64,000 bases of DNA, taken from Octopus sinensis (Eukaryota). A program made the translations under genes and the position numbers. The notes below the pieces were generated by a model. That model made no database searches and was not told where the DNA came from. It saw nothing but the letters and a program-made list of their open reading frames with translations. Below, in pieces: positions 54,768-64,000 of this stretch. The stretch is from assembly GCF_006345805.1 (NCBI RefSeq), contig NC_043000.1:97588001-97652000 (forward strand), read 5' to 3'. How positions within the stretch are numbered: the first letter of the stretch is position 1; the number at the start of each line of letters is the position of its first letter.

Positions 54768-54944
54768 CCACTTGATATACGTAGGATTACGGCCGTTTCC
54801 CAGCCTTCGTCATGTAATGATAATTTCAGCGTATAATAAATTATATCACATACCTATACCAGTATGTATGCTGCACATTGTATTGTACAGTGTGTTATAC
54901 GAGGAAGGCTGCGAAACAACCGTAATGCTACGGATATCAAGTGG
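54768..54944. mobile_element. piggyBac-type MITE
   Basis: TTAA flanks at 54764-54767 and 54945-54948; ~50-bp imperfect TIRs beginning CCACTTGATAT. Confidence 0.75.
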
Positions 54945-55184
54945 TTAAATGAACCTCTCATACCTCCTGAGTTTTTATGGTCTATATACTCCTCATGAAA
55001 TAATTTCATCGATTGGATCTTCTGGATTTCAGCTACATAGGGCTCTGCATTTTACTCTTCCGTATTGGATTACTATGTGGTATGATAACCGGGTCCAATA
55101 AAGGAGCTATCTGTGACTGACACAGGATTCTATGAATCCATATATTGCACTACAAATATACGTGTATGCGTGTATCTGTGTGTA

Positions 55185-55209
<25 letters not shown>

Positions 55210-55232
<23 letters not shown>

Positions 55233-55630
55233 CTATAAGGCTTGAACTTCCATTATAGTAGTATCTATGGAAGACCGGTGGGATTATTATTTATATAGAC
55301 TTAAAGATTGATCGCAATTTAGCATATAATTTAGTTATTGTAGTTTACTATTAATACCGATAAAATGTACATTGGATTATATGTCTCATTGTTATAGTTT
55401 TATTAAAGTTAGTGTTTAATCCTGCCTACATATTGATCGATTGAAGTAATGTGGTTATTAAGCTTTTACTTTTATATTACACTACGGAAGACGGTAGGAA
55501 CTATAACTTTTGTATGACTTAATAGAATTGTTGCTGTTTTGTTACGTATTTTGGAGTGATTGTAAATTACTTAGGGGATTTATTTATCGATACGGTTGTA
55601 CATAGGGTAAATGTGTTTGAAAGTTGTGGC
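55210..55630 (-). mobile_element. Possible very degraded Penelope-like linker/GIY-YIG relic
   Basis: Only short, frameshifted motif echoes (SYS, IIQC, FIG); AT-rich composition like the other relics. Confidence 0.3.
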
Positions 55631-55790
55631 TTCTTTGGTTTCTTTGTTCCCAAACAACACTTATTTTAGTGCCGTTGACACTGCCGGATTCAATGGTACT
55701 GCCCAAGTGTCGAAACCATAATGATATCCGTGGGGCAGCTGATGATGGATTGTTGGTATGGCTATGGAATAGTATTATAACATCCTCTTG

Positions 55791-55861
<71 letters not shown>

Positions 55862-56732
55862 GTGTGTGTGTGTGTATACATATACATATATATGTGTATA
55901 TCTATGTATATATATTCACAGAATGCTTTTATTTCAATTCTTATTTATTTCATCTCGAACCATATTTTCCCCGACCGATAGGCCTCTTGATCAGGACGGA
56001 TTTCTGCATTGTTTGGGTGGGTGGCGGTTATTTATAAAGTTTCGAGCTTGGATACCTTCACTCCCAATGGTTTTGCAGCGATTGGATGACCGTTGCCTCA
56101 ACAAAGCTCATTGACATGTATTGTGTTTTTTATCCTGCATGGTGTCCATAAAACCACTCTCCTGACTAAGCTGGCTCCGCAGGTTTAAAACTCCGCAAAG
56201 GAGTGGATATCCACAGACAACTTTTCAGCGCGTCACAGAACGTAAACAACATAAAATACGAAAATATGAAATACGAAATACAGATACATGGAATATGAAC
56301 TTTCTTTGCGAACAATGAAAGAAACAAATGGAAAACAAGACAAGCAACATAACGAACGACCCTTCATCAGTTGTCGGCTGTTTTTCTAATCCGTATTTCG
56401 AGGTCACTCCCAAGTCAGTATGATCTGGTAACTTGGACCACTTTTTCGCTAATTGTTTTAGGTGCCTGTGTAGTCGTGAGCAGACATAAACATCCTCTCG
56501 GACTTTCACCCTTGACCTAGCGGAACATTGAGGAACTAAATGCTGATAGAAGGCTGAACTAATATACAGTAGACTGGAGCAACGAAAAATTAAGAACCTT
56601 TCTCAAGTACACAAAATGCTGGGCTATCCAGAAATCGAACCCATAATGTTATTGTCCCAACATTCTACCCACTAGGTCAATCGCCACCATAGATTCCGAT
56701 CTATATTCTTAGACACGTACGCGTATAAAGTT

Positions 56733-56767
<35 letters not shown>

Positions 56768-56768
56768 A

Positions 56769-56840
<72 letters not shown>

Positions 56841-57011
56841 GGGAGAAAGAGGGGGTAATATAATTGTGTGTATATGCATGCGTATATATACGCACATATA
56901 CAGGCAAACATACATACATACATACATACATACATACATACATACATACACACACATACATACACACACATACATACAAACATACATACATACACACATA
57001 CACACATACAT

Positions 57012-57409
57012 GGCGCAGGAGTGGCTGTGTGGTAGGTAGCTTGCTTACCAACCACATTGTTCCGGGTTCAGTCCCACTGCGTGGCATCTTGGGCAAGTGT
57101 CTTCTGCTATAGCCCCGGCCGACCAATGCCTTGTGAGTGGATTTGGTAGACGGAAACTGAAAGAAGCCTGTTGTATATATGTATATATATGTATGTATGT
57201 GTGTGTGTTTGTGTGTCTGTGTTTGTCTCCCTAGCATTGCTTGACAACCGATGCTGGTGTGTTTACGTCCCCGTCACTTAGCGGTTCGGCAAAAAGAGAC
57301 CGATAGAATAAGTACTAGGCTTACAAAGAATAAGTCCCGGGGTCGATTTGCTCGACTAAAGGCGGTGCTCCAGCATGGCCGCAGTCAAATGACTGAAACA
57401 AGTAAAAGA
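57012..57409 (+). mobile_element. tRNA-derived SINE family B (CORE-like segment), full length, young
   Basis: A box TGGCTGTGTGG, B box GGTTCAGTCCC, CTTGGGCAAGTGTCTT segment, internal microsatellite, AGTAAAAG tail. Other copies at 13445-13790 (-), 21325-21700 (+), 46515-46650 (+), 46877-47305 (+) and 51325-51430 (+). Confidence 0.9.
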
Positions 57410-57972
57410 AATACATACATACACACATACACACATACACGCATACATACATACATACATATATACATACATACAAATACTAAGTCAAATACATTATAGA
57501 CATACACGTACACATATATATACACAAACACTAAAAAACGCGGTGAGAAAAGAAACGCCATAAATACAGTGTATCAGATATGTATTATAATAAATATGAG
57601 AACCATGAAGAGTGAAGTTAGTCGAGTGAGTCGGGGCGTGGGATGGGCTTCTAGAGAAATCAAAAGACCATCAGGTGTTTGTTCATGTGAGATGTCAAGT
57701 CAGAGGATATGTAATGGACGTATTTGAAGATTTGATGAGAAAATATGGGAGAATGAATGGGAAATGAGCAACAGTTGAACGCTGTATCACGAGCAGCAGG
57801 TGGTTGGTTAATGATAAAAACTGGATGGAGTTCTTTAGTTTAGATTTGTCATTGTAACTCGTATAGGAACTGGAGTAAAAGTTATTACTACTGTTACTAC
57901 TACCGTTGTTTTTGCTGTTGTTGCTGCTGCTGTTGCTGCTGCTGCTGTTGCTGCTACTGTTGCTGCTGCTGC

Positions 57973-58004
<32 letters not shown>

Positions 58005-58439
58005 TTGTTGTTGTTGCTGCTGCTGCTGTTCTTGCGGTCTTGCAGCATGGTCTACATCGAATGAAAGAAACCTGCTTACTATCAAAGTTACTATCTAGTA
58101 GTGAATACTCCATCTTTCGCTTAAGCATCATTATGTTTTCTAAAGCAGTGGTTTCCAAACTTTTTTAGGCTGCCAAACTTTTTTAGGTTCTAAGGCCACA
58201 TTCCTAGAGACCCACCACCAACACCACTCACCATCACAGACAGACCATTTTCTGCAGCAAATTCAAAACAACACTATTTCACAAATAAAACTCAACCTAA
58301 TTAACCTTTTGCCATATTTGTTTTCTTTACATCCATTGCCCCATTCTGGTCACCCCATTATCACCCCATTTTTCTTCAAAGCACCCCTGGATCTTTCCAC
58401 CACCCCCAGGGGGAGGGACAGTAATAATAATAATCCTTT

Positions 58440-58770
58440 ATTCTATAGGCACAAGGTCTGGCATTTGGGGGTAGGGGATAGTCGATTACATCGACCCAGT
58501 ACTCAACTGGTACTTAATTTATCGACCCCGATAGCATGAAAGGCAAAGTCAGCCTCGGCGTAATTTGAACTCAGAACGTAGCGATGGGCGAAATACCTAT
58601 TTCTTTATTACCCACAAGGGGCTAAACACAGAGAGGACAAACAAGGACAGACAAACGGATTAAGTCGATTATATCAACCCCAGTGCGGAATTTGAACTCA
58701 GAACGTAACGGCAGACGAAATACGGCTACGCATTTCGCCCGGCGTGCTAACGTTTCTGCCAGCTCCCCGT
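58440..58770 (-). mobile_element. Compound family A SINE (two partial copies)
   Basis: Two successive ATTTGAACTCAGAACGTA segments and the family A tail. Confidence 0.85.
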
Positions 58771-58801
58771 ATAAGTAGTCTTAGGAATAATAATAATAAT
58801 A

Positions 58802-58856
<55 letters not shown>

Positions 58857-58859
<3 letters not shown>

Positions 58860-59330
58860 TCTTGGTATAAAAGATGGACTACAGCAAATATTCTGCTCAA
58901 TACCACAGATTTGCTTGTCAGTTGTTTGACTGTAACCAGTTGATCATGTCTCATAGTGGCTGACGATATGTACATATCTGATCACGAAAAGTAGTGGGAG
59001 AGCATCATAGCCATGTGTTGAGAGGAATTCTTTGGTGTTTGGATAATTCACCTCTGGAAACATGAGCGGTTCGTTCAACGTCCTTAAACAACCCTTATTC
59101 AGGGACCTTTTAGGCAGGATAGGCTACTCGACCTGAAGAAAATTCTAACTGTCACCCACTGTAAGGTCATGCGCTGTTTATCTTGATATGAAATCACTAA
59201 ATTGCGCACATATGGTTGTGACGTATGTGCCTCGTATACCCTTTATCAGACGGGTAATTATAATGGGTGTACAGGGCTTCATATATTTTACCCCAGTATC
59301 ACTTTGACAGCATGAACTGCTCTCTCACTC
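58857..59330 (+). mobile_element. 5'-truncated copy of the (AAT)n-associated retroposon
   Basis: Colinear homologue between two (AAT)n tracts. Confidence 0.85.
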
Positions 59331-59398
<68 letters not shown>

Positions 59399-59400
<2 letters not shown>

Positions 59401-60075
59401 CAAGAGGAGGAAAAGTAATTTAGCCATGTCATGGATCGACTATCGTAAGGCGTACATTATGATCCCACATTCTTGGATTATGGAATGTATGAACCTGTTT
59501 GGTATTACATCGAATATTGGAGCGATTGTTTGGAGAAAGTATGGCGAATTGGAGGACGGAGCTGACAGCATACGGAAGAAGTTTAGGGACTGTAGAAATT
59601 AAGAGGGGCATCTTCCAAGGGAACTGTCTGTCCCCACCTATCTTTGTACTGTGTTTGATACCACTGACACTGATTCTGAGGCAAGCAAAGCTGGGTATGT
59701 ATTCAAAAGCCGCCAACAAAATGTCAACCATTTGTTATTCATGGATGACCAAACTTTATGGTAAAGATGAAGCCCAAGTCACTTCTTCCCTCGTTGTTAA
59801 GGTGTATACTTTCAGTGCTGATATCAGAATGGAGTTCGGACTGAGAAAATGTGGTGTATTAGTCTTGAAGAGAGGCAAAATCAAATGTATGGACGGGCTA
59901 ACGATGCCGTCAGGGGAGGTTATGAAACAGATAGAAAAGACGGGCTATAAGTACTTGGGGGTGGGAAATGGATAAATTGATGGAGAAAGAAATGACAGAA
60001 AATTTTAAGGTGGAATACTTGCGCAGACTGAGACTGATCCTTAAGACGAAATTAAACGGACGGAATAAGATAACA
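59399..60075 (+). mobile_element. Dong/R4-clade non-LTR retrotransposon RT relic, 5'-truncated, starting in (TAA)n
   Basis: KSNLAMSWIDYRKAY, GIFQGNCLSP, LLFMD, MEFGLRKCG, YKYLGV, EYLRRLRLILKTKLNGRNKI across frameshifts (ORFs 59499-59975 and 59968-60246). Confidence 0.85.
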
Positions 60076-61011
60076 CGAGTTTATTCTCCCAGAAGAATGT
60101 TGTTTCCATATAGAGAGTTGTTAACCATGCCGGATTTGTCTGGTCGTATTAAAGTTAACAATGACCAAAACAAAACATTATGCATGCAGTTATATATTCT
60201 TCGCCACAGATTAACGTATGCACAAACCGTCCAGACTGATTCGTAGCAGATTACGGTACTCATCCCTTAGTATAGGGCAGAAATCTGCTACCTCTTTCCT
60301 TGGTCTGCAGCTCCAGTTTCGAAGCATGTTCCAACATTCATCTCTTGGTATTGTGCTGAAATTTGTTATTCTGTCACTTCGATCATAAACTGTATCGTCC
60401 GCTTAGGGTTGAAAATTACTGTATAACACTTTGATAGAAAAGTATGCTGTCGTGTCCCTTATGTCTAAGATATTTCTCTGTCCCATCTACTAGCGGCAAG
60501 CATAGGCCTTTGTACGGGCAAGTGTTATGACAAAATTCCCCACCCGCTCCGACTCGAGCCACAAATGTGACGATTGTAGTTCTGAATTCCGCACAGTCTC
60601 CATAATATCCGAAAGATCAAAAATACATCAGACAGGGTAGACTAAAACGCGCACCGTTCTACAAGCCAGACGAAGCACGAGCTGTGTTTGTTTGTCGAGA
60701 GATTACATTATCGTAATGAGATACACTCTAGATCGATTGTCATTGCTTTCAGTCATAAAGAGATTGTCCCGTCTCGCCAAGAAAGTCTGTGATTGATGAA
60801 AAACATATTACAAGAAGAACGATCTTGTGAAGAAAAGTAAAATCAGTTCGGTGTTTTATACCAGCTCACCGGAAACTGAGCCGTCCAATCAGCTGAGTAG
60901 AGCTGCAGCACCAGTTTATTTCCACGCCATTAGAGGATTTTGCTTGGTGTAGTTGCGTTCATACTGCACTCAATAACCCGTAACTTTTCTCATGAGTTTC
61001 TTCATCTAAAG

Positions 61012-61264
61012 CAGTGTCTCTCAACCATTTTTACCTATGGACACCTTTGATTGCAATTTTACTCGGATGAAACTCCTAGCCATTCAATATTAGAAAAAGC
61101 ATAATATATTTTTATAATTAAATGTTTTTTAGGAATAGTAAAAATATGATAATTAAAATATGTCGTGTATTGTTGAAGTAAAACCCTTCTGTTGTCGATA
61201 AATTTTAACAACTAAATCTTATATGAGACCCCAAGGTCATACGGACCCCAGTTGAGCACACCTG
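61012..61264. mobile_element. hAT (Charlie-like) MITE
   Basis: Perfect 8-bp TSD ATCTAAAG (61004-61011 and 61265-61272); termini CAGTGTCTCTCAAC ... GTTGAGCACACCTG. Confidence 0.85.
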
Positions 61265-62559
61265 ATCTAAAGAGAATATATAGACGAAATGTTGCGAGTT
61301 TATATAGTGTTTTAAAGAATGAGTCATAATTATGCGCTCGTGTAGGAAGTATGAGTATTTTATGAAAATTCTGTTAAGATCCCACACTGTAAGGGTGAAA
61401 GGAGAGTGATTTTGGTTGTGTCTTGTCTTACACGACTGGGATAGGGAGAAACGCTTATCTTATATGCTTAATGAGAACAAGCTGGCGGGGGAGAATGTCC
61501 TCTCATTATTACCGCTAACAAGACGATCGACCGAGGCAACATTTCCAATCCCGACATGGTCATGAACCAAGAGGTTATTCTATCTTTAGTGTGATGGATA
61601 ATGAGCCGCACCGTGTCATGGACGGATGACTAGAAGGTGACTTCTCAGGCTCTTTTCATTGCCGGACTAGGAAAGAGAAAACCCCGATGAATCGTTAAAT
61701 AACAATGAAACTAGTAGCATCCTCACACCAAGCTGTGGAAAAGGCCCGTGTGGTCCTAGTGGGCCTAATATATATATATATATGATGTATATATAATAAT
61801 AATAACAATGTGTATTGTATTATATATAATATACATACACAAGAAATCACCCTCAACCTCACTATTACATTGCCATCTCCATCATTGGCGCTCTCTCTAA
61901 TATTCCATCAAAATTTCTCAAATCTTCATTTTGCCAATACAGCTGTTAATTTTAGTTACCTCCCTTACATTCGATTCCCTTGCTATAAACACTTCCGACT
62001 TTCGTAACATCAGTTTTGAACGTCTATAATCAATGAAGTTAATCGGCTGGAATACTCGATCATTATTCACTGATAGATTATATTTAGCCGAGTGACATTA
62101 CGAGACCAATTTTTGATACAAGGAATCACAATTTTCTTTCGCTTGGTTCCTGAAGTCATCATTCCAAGGTAATGAATGATATAAATCTTAGATCATTAGC
62201 TTTTGGTTAAGAAGGTCATACATCTGAGGGCATAAAGCTCGTAAATCAGAGCTCATAAAGGTGGTACATTTTAAGGTGATAAATGACATATATGTAATGT
62301 CGTTTACGTCTAAGATTAAAAGACATAAATCTAAGATCAGAAAAATCATAATGATCATGAATGTGGAGTCATAAAGGTCGTAGATCTATGACCTTGCTAT
62401 GAACTTCCTTAGAAGAAATCAATATACTACAGATAATACACTCAGACTATATCTTCTTACTAGTAATGTTGCTCTTGTAAGAACTTGTAGTTTATTGAAA
62501 ACTTTGTTAGTAAAGAGTGTCAAAAGCACTCATAATACTGCTTATTATTGCTTTGCATT

Positions 62560-63083
62560 GTTTTCGTAAATTTCTGAAGTGACACGAGTACAGGATGTTG
62601 ACAAACCGCAAAGACGGCGAAATGCGCATCTCTCGCTTTCACAGTCATTTTCGGGCGACTTCGTCTCGCCTAGCAGTGAAGTATATTGTTTTTTAGCACA
62701 AAGCTTCTATAAAAGAATTTTTTGCCGAAGGAAAAAGCTAGCAGCTGCTAGCTTTTCAATGATACACGTTTGTTAAGTATGTAATATAAATAATGATTTT
62801 GCTCTAGAACTACAAATTGCATCATTCGAATTTTGTTCAGCCTAAGTGGTGTCATTGAAAGTCAGTGTATTGTTTATGCTCTGTCTCTATATACTTCAGA
62901 CAGATCGAGTTGACCTCGTTTCAGAATTGACACGACAATGTGACATTGACAAACAGCAAAAATGGCGAAATGTACATCTGTCTCTCTCGCGATTACTTCC
63001 GAAGAGAATTCGTATCTGAAGTATACTGCGATATTTTCTTGGACAAAAACTGCAGCTTCTGCTTTTCCAACAACATACAAACG

Positions 63084-63085
<2 letters not shown>
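62560..63085 (+). repeat. Decayed tandem pair (~348-bp period), homologous to 28960-29510
   Basis: Same blocks starting at 62598 and 62946. Confidence 0.75.
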
Positions 63086-63133
<48 letters not shown>

Positions 63134-63614
63134 TGTGTGTGTGTGTGTGTGTTTGTGTGTGCGCGCGCGCACTAAGGCGTATAGCCTAGTGATTAGGATA
63201 TTACATTCATGATTATGCTTACTAGTTCCGAACTGGGCTATGCATTTTGTTCTTGTTCTTGAACAAAACACTTCTTTTCGCGTTGCTCTGCGATCACGTG
63301 ACACACCATGCACCTATACATACAGTGTCAATTTGATGGAGGGAGTGATAAAATGTACAGCACCAACATACGATTACTATAAAAAAATCATCTTTGCAGG
63401 TTGTCTAGCATGAAATTACGGGAACCCTCATCTGTCTTCTACGACTGAGTATCTACCATATATATAGTTGTCCGAAGGCGTTTTATAACTCATGGAAAAA
63501 AGAGGCACATTACTCAGAATAAGGTAACAGTGGGAATATTACTTATTCAGAATTATAAATTATGCTCCATGAACAAACCACAAAAGTGTTAAATGCCATT
63601 TCATACAGCTATGT

Positions 63615-64000
63615 GGTATTTGATAGTTAGCTAAAATGAACAGCCTCTCGTGATGGCATGGGTGAGAAATGCCGCTTTTAGAATTCAGAAAGAACCCTCG
63701 AATGAAGCAAATTCTTCAGAATAATTTCCCCCACCAAATAGTGCTTGAACCTTCCACTACAGTTGAGATACAGTGTGCACTTTTTCAGCAATTTCCAGTT
63801 GACTTTATATGATGCAGCGTTTACCTTCAACATGTATGTGAGCTTTGATAACACTGTGACCATGCCTATTTTAGTTCTTAAGAGAGCAATTGTGGTTATT
63901 CTTTCTATTCTAAAAAGGACCTTCTATGGTTCCAACATATCATTGTCTCTGTGTCATCCTACTGGACCTTTCGACATTGCCCCCGTCGCATATTCGATGG
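63615..64000 (-). mobile_element. Penelope-like relic (GIY-YIG domain), runs off the window end
   Basis: YVGTIEGPF*NRKNNHNCS, TVLSKL..LK, YKVNWKLLKKCTLY, NLLHSR, SHPCHHERLFILANY across frameshifts. Confidence 0.75.

Noticed and set aside
63742-64000. Stop-free plus-strand frame running off the window end
   Set aside because: The minus strand carries recognisable Penelope GIY-YIG motifs, so the plus frame is a shadow.

Overview
AT-rich, repeat-saturated animal genomic DNA. The SINE families and microsatellite style point to an octopod cephalopod (Octopus-like); this is inference from recalled repeat sequences, not a database hit. There is one 100-N scaffold gap (50204-50303). I recognise no host protein-coding gene, and nearly all ORF-track entries are translated microsatellites. 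Content: one intact tRNA-Leu(CAG) plus two decayed paralogues; many tRNA-derived SINEs; mariner, hAT and piggyBac-type DNA elements; RTE and Dong/R4 LINE relics; and at least three Penelope-like (RT/GIY-YIG) relics, all on the minus strand. The standout is a 5.1-kb tandem array (about 40433-45571) of a ~557-bp monomer. Each full monomer carries a type I hammerhead ribozyme fold (TGAG-CTGATGA-stem II-GAAAC-GTAC-GTA-CTCA). Five copies lie on the minus strand and four on the plus strand, diverging from an inversion at 43279/43280. This is the architecture of a retrozyme-like or ribozyme-satellite element. Two further, unrelated minimal hammerhead folds occur at 13959-14004 and 52407-52444. Array copy number and the inversion need raw-read validation.
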